A stretch of DNA of 41,826 bases from Candidatus Acidiferrales bacterium. Lineage in GTDB: Bacteria > Acidobacteriota > Terriglobia > Acidiferrales > UBA7541. The stretch covers positions 1-41,826 of the forward strand of contig DATNLB010000535.1 of assembly GCA_035603095.1 (NCBI GenBank), in the 5' to 3' direction. The notes beneath the pieces were generated by a model. It was not told where the DNA came from. It saw only the letters and a program-made list of their open reading frames with translations, and did no database searches. The position numbers were made by a program, and so were the translations under genes. Of the stretch, positions 33,628-41,826 are shown piece after piece. Within the stretch, counting starts at the first letter, position 1; each line of letters begins with the position of its first letter.

Positions 33628-33726
33628 AATTGGCCATGGGAATTGCTTTGATGGTCATTGCGGGGGTTATCGTGTGGTATTTGATAGCAGCTATTGATCA
33701 ATTCCCGTTTAACGAGAGGAATCGCT

Positions 33727-33987
33727 ATGACGACCGGGATTAGGCCGCCGAATCGCTGCATCAAGGATCTGACCGGCCACCAGATCGGGCGATGGCGGGT
33801 GCTTGGGCTTTACTCGAAGTATCGAGCGAGACAAGGCAATTCGGGCCGGCATGCGTACTGGGTGTGTCGTTGCGCTTGCGGACAGCAGCGCGTGATACGC
33901 TCAGGTTCGCTTAATACGAGCGGGCGCTCTAGATCGCGCAGTTGTGGCTGTTTACCCCGAAAATACCGGCATGATCACGGAATATAG
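33727..33987 (+). CDS. Stand-alone HNH/AP2-endonuclease-type N-terminal zinc domain
   Basis: 'KDLTGHQIGRWRVL...WVCRCACG...SRSCGCL'; no catalytic HNH follows. Confidence 0.72.
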   Translation: MTTGIRPPNRCIKDLTGHQIGRWRVLGLYSKYRARQGNSGRHAYWVCRCACGQQRVIRSGSLNTSGRSRSRSCGCLPRKYRHDHGI

Positions 33988-34135
33988 CCTCCAGAAGGTC
34001 AATGCAGAGTGGCAGATGGTCAAGACGGTACGTGATGCTTTCGGGTTTGGCAGCAAGGAAGTCATGAACGAAATGCCAGATTCCTGGCGCAAAGTGCTTG
34101 AAGATAAACGCAATAGTGCTAAAGTCGAGTCATGA
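33971..34135 (+). CDS. Hypothetical protein
   Basis: MITEYSL...; overlaps both neighbours. Confidence 0.5.
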   Translation: MITEYSLQKVNAEWQMVKTVRDAFGFGSKEVMNEMPDSWRKVLEDKRNSAKVES

Positions 34136-34359
34136 AGCCCAATCAAATGCATAGAATCGCTCACGGGGGCTGCCATCAGTGCGCGCCTCGAGGCTGGAAC
34201 GATGTTCCGAACGTCTCGGGAGATTACGACCTTGACGCCACGATTCTGCATCGAAACAACAAAGACCTGCCTCACAGGCTCGAGCTATACACCAAAAAGC
34301 GCAGTTACGGGCCGTTGACCGGTTACTCGGGTTATCACAATTACAGTGGCGACACATGA
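34132..34359 (+). CDS. Hypothetical protein
   Basis: ATGA overlaps on both sides. Confidence 0.55.
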   Translation: MKPNQMHRIAHGGCHQCAPRGWNDVPNVSGDYDLDATILHRNNKDLPHRLELYTKKRSYGPLTGYSGYHNYSGDT

Positions 34360-34474
34360 CCTACAAGCCCGTCCCCAACGCCCCTCCCCCGGCTAAGTCC
34401 AAGCACAACGCTCAGGAGACGCCCAAAATGCACAAGCCCATGAAATACGAGAAGCCGGGTAAGAAGACGCGCTC

Positions 34475-34696
34475 GTGATCTATGTTGGGCCTGTTAATTG
34501 GATTCCAGACCATCGATGCGCGTACTGCGGCAACTCATTCGAGTTCAAGATCGGCAAGCAGGGTGGCAGACCATCTAAGCATTGTTCCGCCAGATGCTCA
34601 GCAATGGCACATAGCTATTCAACCGAGAGAGTCAGGCTTCATAGGTTGCGTAAAAAAGGATATTTGGAGTCGCAAAATGATCCCGTATATGCCTGA
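34475..34696 (+). CDS. Small zinc-finger protein
   Basis: CAYCG...GRPSKHCSARC. Confidence 0.65.
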   Translation: MIYVGPVNWIPDHRCAYCGNSFEFKIGKQGGRPSKHCSARCSAMAHSYSTERVRLHRLRKKGYLESQNDPVYA

Positions 34697-34747
34697 ACAA
34701 GATGAGAATGATTCTGATTTAGAGTCAGAGACTTAACGGTTGAGCCA

Positions 34748-35056
34748 ATGGCCGCACCGCATGGCAACAAGAACGGAGCTAAAGGTAAGCGATGGGAGGA
34801 AGCTCTTAGACGGGCCCTCGCTCGCGTGGGGACAACGGTTGATCTTGGACTCGACCCCATCGCTGATAAAGTGGTCAGTGCAGCAGGATCCGGCGACATG
34901 GACGCCATCCGAGAGATCGCATGTAGACTCGATGGTAAGCCCAGTGAGCACGTCTTCATCGAGCAAGAGCTAACCGTTAATGTCGGAGAAGCCGAAGGCC
35001 TCAGCCCCCGATTGGACAAGCTACGTAGCCTTCGTCAGGGAAACACCGTTCAATGA
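34748..35056 (+). CDS. terS: Terminase small subunit
   Basis: N-terminal 'MAAPHGNKNG', 'GDMDAIREIACRLDGKP'; immediately upstream of TerL. Confidence 0.72.
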   Translation: MAAPHGNKNGAKGKRWEEALRRALARVGTTVDLGLDPIADKVVSAAGSGDMDAIREIACRLDGKPSEHVFIEQELTVNVGEAEGLSPRLDKLRSLRQGNTVQ

Positions 35057-36602
35057 GCTTCTGGCCGTTTGGGATGAGATCGACGGCAAGGGCAAGGACA
35101 TTCCAGGGATACGCTGGCTAGGTCTCAATGACCGATATTACCTACTCGTCAAGCTCCTCAAAAGATATGACGCTTGGCATCCTTGGCTGTATCAGCGCTG
35201 TCGGGAAGTTGAGGGAGCACCTGATGGGTATTGTGACATCTGGGCGCGCGAGCATTACAAAAGCACAATCATCACTTTTGCTGGATGCATTCAACAAATT
35301 ATCAGAGACAGAGAAATCACTATTGGCGTCTTTAGCCACACCAAGCCGATCGCGAAGGGGTTCCTCTCGCAGATCCAGCGGGAGCTAGAGAGCAATGAAA
35401 ACCTCAAAGCCTGCTTCCCCGATGTCTTATTCGCTAACCCAGCTAAGGAAAGCCGTAGCTGGTCACTTGATGCTGGACTCATCTGCCGTCGAGATGGAAA
35501 CCCTAAAGAAAGCACTATCGAAGCTCATGGACTCGTGGACGGCCAGCCCACCTCCAAGCACTTCCAACTGATGATTTATGACGATGTGGTGACCCGTGAA
35601 TCAGTCAATACGCCAGAGCAGATTGCAAAGACTACAGAAGCTTGGGAGCTGTCCGACAACCTTGGAACAATGGGGGGCCGGAAATGGATCATTGGCACTC
35701 GCTATCACTACGCGGATACTTACTCCGAAATCATTAAGCGCGGGGCTGCAACAGCTCGCATTTACCCAGCAACAGACACCGGGCAAATGGATGGCAAGCC
35801 TGTTCTGTTCACTGCAACAGAGTGGGCCCGTAGAATCAGGGATCAAGGTGAGGCCACAGTCGCTTGTCAATTACTTGCTAATCCGCTCGCGGGTCACCAG
35901 AGAATGTTCGATGTCCGAGACCTCCAAGTCTACGAGGTCCGCCCCTTAACCCTGATGGGCTATCTCATGATCGATCCTGCGCGGTCAGTCAAGCGAGATT
36001 CAGCCAATACGGCTATGGTCGTTTTAGGGGTGGATGCGGCGGGAAACAAGTACCTCTTGGACGGCGTAGACCACAAGATGGACCTGATGGACCGTTGGCG
36101 GTGGATGCGAGACCTTTGGTTCAAGTGGAAGTCAGCGCCTGGAATGATGGGCTTGCACGTGGGTTATGAGCGGTTTGGTGCTATTGCGGACCTTGATTAC
36201 TTCCAGGAGCGCCAAAGGATCGAAGGTGCGTCTTTCGAGATAGAGCCGCTCGAGTGGCCGCGGGACGGTGAGCGCAGTAAGAACGACCGGGTACAGCGCT
36301 TAGTGCCTGACATCAAGGGCCATCGGTTCTACCTGCCATATCCGACAGACGATGAGAAGCTGACCAAGATCCAGGCCAATATGAAGGCCCAGGGCTATGA
36401 ATACCGCATTGCGCGGCCTATCACGAGGAAAGATGAAAACAACGTGAGATATGACGTTGCAGACCGGCTGAGAATATGTGTTTCTTTTTTCCCTTACGGG
36501 GGGTTAGTCGATATAATTGATGCTGCATCAAGAATTTACGATATGTCGCCCGTAACTCCACAGGTTGTAAATCAGGATGACTTGGAGCCCGCTTACATAT
36601 GA
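34980..36602 (+). CDS. terL: Terminase large subunit
   Basis: Walker A variant 'AREHYKST', Walker B 'LMIYDD', coupling motif 'IGTRY', nuclease 'MIDPA...DSANTA', 'KNDRV', 'DIIDA'. Confidence 0.92.
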   Translation: MSEKPKASAPDWTSYVAFVRETPFNELLAVWDEIDGKGKDIPGIRWLGLNDRYYLLVKLLKRYDAWHPWLYQRCREVEGAPDGYCDIWAREHYKSTIITFAGCIQQIIRDREITIGVFSHTKPIAKGFLSQIQRELESNENLKACFPDVLFANPAKESRSWSLDAGLICRRDGNPKESTIEAHGLVDGQPTSKHFQLMIYDDVVTRESVNTPEQIAKTTEAWELSDNLGTMGGRKWIIGTRYHYADTYSEIIKRGAATARIYPATDTGQMDGKPVLFTATEWARRIRDQGEATVACQLLANPLAGHQRMFDVRDLQVYEVRPLTLMGYLMIDPARSVKRDSANTAMVVLGVDAAGNKYLLDGVDHKMDLMDRWRWMRDLWFKWKSAPGMMGLHVGYERFGAIADLDYFQERQRIEGASFEIEPLEWPRDGERSKNDRVQRLVPDIKGHRFYLPYPTDDEKLTKIQANMKAQGYEYRIARPITRKDENNVRYDVADRLRICVSFFPYGGLVDIIDAASRIYDMSPVTPQVVNQDDLEPAYI

Positions 36603-37021
36603 GCAAGTCCCGGAATATCTATAACAAAAAAGGCACTGGGACGATTAGCGGTACAGGCCATCGCAACATTCAAATCAATGGCGAAAAGCGGGGAGAACAT
36701 CGCTGGATTGTGGAAAAAGTCTTAGGCCGGCGTCTTAAGTCTCCGGAAGAGATTCATCATGTCAACGTCGATCCTGCTGACAACAGGCACGAAAACCTAG
36801 TAGTTTGCCCTGATCGGGCTTATCATAAATTGCTGCATACGCGCACAGAAGCGTTGGACGCGTGCGGTCATGCGGACTGGCGTAAGTGCTGGATATGCAA
36901 GGTATGGGAGCCGCTGGATAAGCTATCTGGCGGCAGGCAGCTATATCACAGCGAGTGTAACAACAAGTACTCGTTAATGACTCGCAGCAGGAGATTGCAT
37001 GGCACTGCCCCCCCTCCCTAG
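36599..37021 (+). mobile_element. Free-standing HNH homing endonuclease (HNH_3 type)
   Basis: 'EHRWIVEKVLGRRL...EEIHHVNVDPADNRHENL...YHKLLH' plus CxxC; overlaps terL and the next gene. Confidence 0.88.
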
Positions 37022-37229
37022 TACCCTCGGCCACCAAGTCACCACGCGCCAGTTCAGCCTGCTTGAGATGGCAAGCCGCGAGTGGGGCTCGAGCTTTCGA
37101 GCGCCGGATCATCGCATTTATAACTTTAGCAACGGGCGCTCGATGGATTCGACGGATATGAGCTTTACGGGCATTTATGGGCCACCCGGTACGTTAACGC
37201 CCAAACAGAAGTACACCGGCTTCCCCTGA
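36999..37229 (+). CDS. Hypothetical protein
   Basis: SD AGGAG; TGATG coupling downstream. Confidence 0.68.
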   Translation: MALPPLPSTLGHQVTTRQFSLLEMASREWGSSFRAPDHRIYNFSNGRSMDSTDMSFTGIYGPPGTLTPKQKYTGFP

Positions 37230-37591
37230 TGCAACTCATCGAGCGCGGTGACCCGGAGGAATCAAGCTACCTGCAACTTGCGCTTGAGATATGGCAGCAG
37301 TTGGACAAAGCCTATCCCGATCACCCGTGGCAGGTGAGCTTCCAAGGCGGGGCCATGATCGTGCGGCACGCCGTGATCAATGCGGATGTGTCGGTCAAGC
37401 TCAAGCGCGAGGGGTTCGGGTTTCTCTTGGACAAGTCGAAGCTCGACAACCCCAAGGAAGTGACGCAAAGCGCTGTGATGGCCGGCGGGGCGATGCTCGA
37501 GCTATTCGGCATGAAGCGGGGCAAGTGGGATGGTAGTGACCCTGTGATTCCGAGTGATTGGACGCCTAAGCAGGAAGCGGGGTTTGCGTGA
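37229..37591 (+). CDS. Hypothetical protein (pre-portal)
   Basis: 'LDKAYPDHPWQV...AGGAMLELFGMKRG'. Confidence 0.78.
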   Translation: MQLIERGDPEESSYLQLALEIWQQLDKAYPDHPWQVSFQGGAMIVRHAVINADVSVKLKREGFGFLLDKSKLDNPKEVTQSAVMAGGAMLELFGMKRGKWDGSDPVIPSDWTPKQEAGFA

Positions 37592-37692
37592 TTTTCTGGT
37601 TCATCGGTTCATTGATCATCGTCAGCCTTGGCTTTGGGCTGATGCTGTTCAACTGGGTTGATCGACCGACCGATACTACGGAAAGGCCATGA
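37588..37692 (+). CDS. Small membrane peptide (34 aa)
   Basis: MIFWFIGSLIIVSLGFGLMLFNWV...; GTGA and ATGA overlaps bridge to the portal. Confidence 0.55.
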   Translation: MIFWFIGSLIIVSLGFGLMLFNWVDRPTDTTERP

Positions 37693-39854
37693 GTCAATCA
37701 ACGCCATGGAGGCCGCAGCCCCCTAGCATCAACGATCCCGAGCAGGGAGAGTACGAAGGCGACGAATTAGGGGCCGAGAACGAATCCCCTGGCATTGAGA
37801 CAGGCGATAGCCCCTCGGGTGAGGAGAAGCAGGCCAAGCCCTCGGATAGCTTCTGGCTCAAGCGTGCGAAGGATTCGTTTCGGTTCTCGACGACCTATAT
37901 CGACAGCAACTATAGGAAGCCCTGGGATGATTCAATCCGCGCCTTCAATTCGCAGCACTCCTCGGATTCCAAGTACAACGGCGAGTTATTCCGTAAGCGG
38001 TCAAACCTTTATCGACCGAAGACCCGTGCTGTTATTCGCAAGAATGAGGCCGCTGCTGCTGCTGCCTTCTTTTCAAACCTCGACGTGGTTGACGTTGCTG
38101 CCAGTAATCAGAGCGTCAAGGAAGAACTCGTCTCGGCGGAAGTAACGAAAGAGCTGTTGCAGTACCGGCTGACCAAGACCATCCCGTGGTTCATGTTCCT
38201 ACTGGGGAGCTTTCAGGACGCCCAGGTGCAGGGTTTAGCCTGTGCCCATGTGTACTGGCGGTTTATCGAGCGGCACGATAAGGACGGGCAGACCGAGAGC
38301 TTAGAGGACAAGCCGTGCTTAGACTTGATCCCCATCGAGAACCTGCGGATTGACCCTAGCGCGCATTGGTCAGACCCGATCAATTCCAGCCCCTACATCA
38401 TTCATTTGATGCCGATGTACTGGTGTGATGTGAAGGATAGAATGGAGCATCCGAACCCCAAGGGTCAGCGGTGGAGGAAGTACAGTGCTAGCCAAGTATT
38501 CGCCCGAAGCGACAGTTCTGATGATTCCACTCGACAAGCGAGAGGAGGAGTTAGTCAAGACCCTACTCAGCAGAAACGAGACACCTCAGATTACGATATC
38601 GTGTGGGTACATCGTCATATCCACCGGTACAACGGAGAAGATTGGGAGTTTTACACGATTGCTTCTGAACGGCTCCTCACCGATCCCGAGCCCTTAAAGG
38701 ATACCGTTTGGCATGGTAAGCGCCCCTATGTGATGGGCACTACCATGTTGGAGACGCATAAGCCGATTCCCTCATCGATTCCCACGGTCACGAAAGCACT
38801 CCAGGAGGAAGCCAACGATGTCCAGAATCAACGGTCAGACAACGTCAAATTCGTCCTCAATAAGCGCTGGATCGCCAAGCGTGGAAAGAATGTGGATCTC
38901 TCCAGCCTGGTACGTAACACGCCTGGTGGAATCACCCTGGCAGATGACCCTGAGAACGATATCAAGGAAATCAACTGGCCTGACGTTACCAATTCCGCCT
39001 ACTTGGAACAGGACCGCATAGATGGAGACTTTAGCGACCTGGCCGGTAATTTTAACCCGATGCAAGTCACCGCCCAACGCAGTGGGCGAGAATCCACAAA
39101 CACCATGCGGATGCTCCAAGGACCTAGCAATCTGCTTACCGAGTACATGCTCAAAACCTTTGTGGAGACTTTCGTCCAACCTGTACTTCGGCAGCTCGTC
39201 ATGCTCGAGCAGCACTACGAAACTGACATGGTCATCCTTGCCCTAGCCGGCGAAAAGGCGAAGGTCTATCAGAAGTACGGCGTCAATCAGATGACGGACG
39301 CGATTCTGGACAAGGAACTGACGGTTACAGTGAACGTGGGCATGGGTGCAACCGACCCCGCGGCGAAGGTCCAGAAGTTCGCCTTTGCCTTAAACACCTA
39401 CTCGCACATTGTGGCAAAGCAGCCTCCCCCTGGCGTAGACTTGAAAGAGGTGTTCAAGGAACTGATGGCACTCTCAGGCTATCAGGACGGCACGAGGTTT
39501 GTGATGGATGGCTCAGATCCAGCCTTGGCGAAGGCGCAGCAGCAGATTCAAGCAATGACCAAGATGATTCAGCAGTTGCAGCTTGAGAAAAAGAACAAGG
39601 AAGATGCCAACAAGGCGAAGGTATTGACCACGCACGAGACGAACCTCACGAAGCTCGCGATTGCGGACAAGACCCATCACAGTAAGGCGCGACTCGCCTT
39701 GTTTGCGCACGTGGCCGGCAAGGAAGTGGCTGAGGGTGAGCGGGAGGATCAGGTCGAGGACCGCGATACTTCGCGAGAGGCCGCAGTCGAGGATCGAGAT
39801 GAGGGCTTTAAGCAACAGAAGCAGTTAGCGAAGGCGAAACCCAATGCAGCTTAA
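37689..39854 (+). CDS. Portal protein (P22-like)
   Basis: 721 aa after TerL; 'SNLYRPKT', 'IPIENLRIDP', 'LQEEANDVQNQRSDN', C-terminal Q-rich helical barrel. Confidence 0.9.
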   Translation: MSQSTPWRPQPPSINDPEQGEYEGDELGAENESPGIETGDSPSGEEKQAKPSDSFWLKRAKDSFRFSTTYIDSNYRKPWDDSIRAFNSQHSSDSKYNGELFRKRSNLYRPKTRAVIRKNEAAAAAAFFSNLDVVDVAASNQSVKEELVSAEVTKELLQYRLTKTIPWFMFLLGSFQDAQVQGLACAHVYWRFIERHDKDGQTESLEDKPCLDLIPIENLRIDPSAHWSDPINSSPYIIHLMPMYWCDVKDRMEHPNPKGQRWRKYSASQVFARSDSSDDSTRQARGGVSQDPTQQKRDTSDYDIVWVHRHIHRYNGEDWEFYTIASERLLTDPEPLKDTVWHGKRPYVMGTTMLETHKPIPSSIPTVTKALQEEANDVQNQRSDNVKFVLNKRWIAKRGKNVDLSSLVRNTPGGITLADDPENDIKEINWPDVTNSAYLEQDRIDGDFSDLAGNFNPMQVTAQRSGRESTNTMRMLQGPSNLLTEYMLKTFVETFVQPVLRQLVMLEQHYETDMVILALAGEKAKVYQKYGVNQMTDAILDKELTVTVNVGMGATDPAAKVQKFAFALNTYSHIVAKQPPPGVDLKEVFKELMALSGYQDGTRFVMDGSDPALAKAQQQIQAMTKMIQQLQLEKKNKEDANKAKVLTTHETNLTKLAIADKTHHSKARLALFAHVAGKEVAEGEREDQVEDRDTSREAAVEDRDEGFKQQKQLAKAKPNAA

Positions 39855-39877
39855 TCATTCCGATGGAGGAACTGAGC

Positions 39878-40204
39878 ATGAGTGATCTGCTGCTGGTCAA
39901 GAAATCCGAATTGGCCGATGCCATCACGGATGCGGTAAAGCCGCTCAAAGCGCGCATAAATTTCCTCGAGGAGATGGGCGCCGAGTGCGTGAATGACTGG
40001 CAAAAGATCGAGCATTTGCGAGCAGAGATTCAGCGTGCCAACGAATACGCTCTACGCTTGGTCCTCACCCTCGCCGCGCGGTTCCCTGCCGTCGAAGGGT
40101 TCCATGCGCTGCCCGATCTTGATGGACGGCTATCGCAGATCGATAACATGACATGCCGATTGCCGCTCGGCTTCGGTAACAGCGGAGAAGCGAATGGCGT
40201 GTAA
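39878..40204 (+). CDS. Hypothetical coiled-coil protein (inside the DR-flanked insert)
   Basis: SD GGAGGA before MSDLLLV. Confidence 0.65.
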   Translation: MSDLLLVKKSELADAITDAVKPLKARINFLEEMGAECVNDWQKIEHLRAEIQRANEYALRLVLTLAARFPAVEGFHALPDLDGRLSQIDNMTCRLPLGFGNSGEANGV

Positions 40205-40379
40205 ATTCAGGAAGCCATGCAATTGCTGCCCATGCGGGCATTGTGACTGCTTTTTCGACGCGGACGGTGAGTGCTGCGGATGCGGAGAAGTTCGCGAGCC
40301 AGTGGACGTTCATACCGAAGCGCGGCTTGACGAAATACACTCACAATCTGATGCCATCGAGAATTCCAATGCAGCTTAA
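40194..40379 (+). CDS. Cys-rich small protein (inside the DR-flanked insert)
   Basis: SD GGAG; 'C...PCNCCPCGHCDC...ECCGCG'. Confidence 0.55.
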   Translation: MACKFRKPCNCCPCGHCDCFFDADGECCGCGEVREPVDVHTEARLDEIHSQSDAIENSNAA

Positions 40380-40647
40380 CCCCGAAGACCCCACCGTTCG
40401 CGCGGCCACCTTTGGCGCCCAGGTCGAGCAGTTCTTGAACTCCGACATTGGCGTGTACATGGTGGAGCGAGCGGACGAACAGGCCGAAGCAGCCTTGAAG
40501 GAACTGGTGACCGCCGATCCCACGCAGCCAGAAGTCATCCGCGCCATTCAGAATCGCATCAAGGTAGCCGATTCCATCGTGTCATGGCTGAGGGAGGCCA
40601 TTGAGATGGGCGAGCAATCCAAGCAGCAGCTACGGGAATTGCAGTGA
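40369..40647 (+). CDS. Small helical protein between portal and scaffold
   Basis: Start MQLNPEDP (40369); 'IRAIQNRIKVADSIVSWLREAIEMG'. Confidence 0.78.
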   Translation: MQLNPEDPTVRAATFGAQVEQFLNSDIGVYMVERADEQAEAALKELVTADPTQPEVIRAIQNRIKVADSIVSWLREAIEMGEQSKQQLRELQ

Positions 40648-40838
40648 GTTTGCCACATGTCTGCCGCTGCTCTATATGTCACCAGGAAATGGTGCCGTTC
40701 GTTCCTAATTGGATGGCAAACCTCAATCCATGTGATTGCGTGGGTTCGATCTGTGTAATGCAAAGTACGCCGCATATGGCGAGAACTGGCACTTATTGCA
40801 AGATGGCGCGTGCGCAGTCAATCACCGAGGTCTTATGA
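40644..40838 (+). CDS. Cys-rich hypothetical protein
   Basis: GTGA and ATGA overlaps. Confidence 0.5.
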   Translation: MSLPHVCRCSICHQEMVPFVPNWMANLNPCDCVGSICVMQSTPHMARTGTYCKMARAQSITEVL

Positions 40839-40984
40839 ATGACGACCCATCCCAGCCGATAGCGGATGAGATGATCGAACGCAGACGGCGGAAGCCGATC
40901 TTGCAGCCCAGGGGTCGAGATAAGTTTGACGGATTCAAAGAGCGCGATGATGAGGAATTTGTACCAGAGCCGCCCACGTATTAG
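40835..40984 (+). CDS. Small hypothetical protein
   Basis: SD GAGG; MNDDPSQP... Confidence 0.5.
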   Translation: MNDDPSQPIADEMIERRRRKPILQPRGRDKFDGFKERDDEEFVPEPPTY

Positions 40985-40993
40985 AGGTTTGCC

Positions 40994-41826
40994 ATGACTC
41001 CCGAAGAAAAGAAAGCCCACGACGACGCTGTGGCGAAGGCTAAAGAGGCCAACACCAGCAAGAACAACGATCGCCTCGCGCGCATGGAAGCCATCGCCGA
41101 TGGTGCTGATGAGAACCGCAAAGACGACCTCGAAGGCATGGAGATCAAAGACGACTCCGAAGAGAAGGAAGCGCGCGCCCGTGCAGAGGATGAAGAAGCG
41201 GCGAAACTCTTGCAGACCGAGGGAGCCACGGAAGAGACGAAAGAAGAAGCCGACACCGACACCAAAGTGGTGAACGGCGAGACGTACTATCGTCAGATCG
41301 TCAACGGTCGCGAAAAGTGGCAAACGCTCAAGGAAATTCGCACATCGTCTGCGAAAGTGGAAGCAGCGGACGAGTACTTGCAAACCGCTGCTGAGTCTGT
41401 TAGAAATGCTTCACGGCTAGCTCTATCGAAAGACGAGCCAAGCAACGTCGAGAAAGTCGATGTGCGTTCGATCCTCCGCGCGGCTGTTTTGGGGGATGAA
41501 GAGGCGATTGAGAAGTTGGCATCTGTCATTGATGCACGGCCATCCGAGGTGACTCCGGACGTTGTGAGACAGATTGATCAGCGCTTATCGTTCAGGACCG
41601 AACTGGCGACGTTAGAGGACAAGAGCAAAGACCTTCTAGAGAATCCGTACACCAAGCGTCTGTTCAACGTTCGGCTACAAGAGCTGAAAGCTGAAAATCC
41701 GACGATGGGGCTCAGCGAGGCTTACACCTCGATCGACAAAGAGCTGCGCACGGCCTTCCCTGGACTGACTAAGGCTCAGACTCAAACCAAGCTCGAACGG
41801 AAGCGAACTCTGGTGAATGTTCCGAC
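40994..41826 (+). CDS. Capsid scaffolding protein, 5' part (continues across the junction to 238; about 317 aa in total)
   Basis: ATG at 40994 after GAGG; open to the window end (MTPEEKKAHDDAVAKAKEAN...); acidic and helical with a 'VNGRE' motif; lies between portal and major capsid. Missing from the ORF track because of the cut. Confidence 0.8.
   Translation, partial: MTPEEKKAHDDAVAKAKEANTSKNNDRLARMEAIADGADENRKDDLEGMEIKDDSEEKEARARAEDEEAAKLLQTEGATEETKEEADTDTKVVNGETYYRQIVNGREKWQTLKEIRTSSAKVEAADEYLQTAAESVRNASRLALSKDEPSNVEKVDVRSILRAAVLGDEEAIEKLASVIDARPSEVTPDVVRQIDQRLSFRTELATLEDKSKDLLENPYTKRLFNVRLQELKAENPTMGLSEAYTSIDKELRTAFPGLTKAQTQTKLERKRTLVNVP
41710..41826. repeat. Terminal direct repeat, right copy
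   Basis: Exact copy of 1-117. Confidence 0.97.

Noticed and set aside
40793-41383. 196-aa minus-strand ORF
   Set aside because: Antisense to the scaffold gene; its F/L/V-rich composition mirrors the E/K/D codons of the real gene.
41710-41826. 117-bp terminal repeat as a biological DTR
   Set aside because: It falls in the middle of the scaffold gene and is most simply an assembler overlap of a circular or permuted genome.

Overview
The window is an apparently complete, circularly assembled genome (about 41,709 bp; bases 1-117 are repeated exactly at 41710-41826) of a tailed phage with P22-like podovirus morphogenesis genes. Reading across the junction the order is terS, terL, HNH, portal, scaffold (spans the junction), major capsid, putative decoration proteins, adaptor, gp10-like hub, three ejection proteins, tail fibre, tailspike and a lysis block. 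A leftward early/accessory arm occupies about 23.1-30.7 kb and a rightward arm starts at a lone XRE HTH gene (30777). Four things stand out. (1) I recognise no integrase, CI, replication initiator, primase, helicase or DNA polymerase. Where a replication module would be expected there is instead a roughly 540-nt, promoter-driven, extensively base-paired non-coding region with a tRNA-like subdomain and origin-like motifs (about 31990-32560). (2) Small-molecule or protein modifying enzymes are interleaved with the virion genes: TylF-like O-methyltransferase, SAM methyltransferase, GT9 glycosyltransferase, Asp/Asn beta-hydroxylase-like 2OG-Fe(II) enzyme, GNAT, PurD-like ATP-grasp ligase and a cupin. 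(3) A GIY-YIG homing endonuclease is wedged between the methyltransferase and GT9. (4) Unusual cargo includes a GH71 alpha-1,3-glucanase, a secreted PASTA protein, two FN3-like proteins and a Fis-like HTH. All calls come from reading motifs by eye; no searches or folding programs were run.
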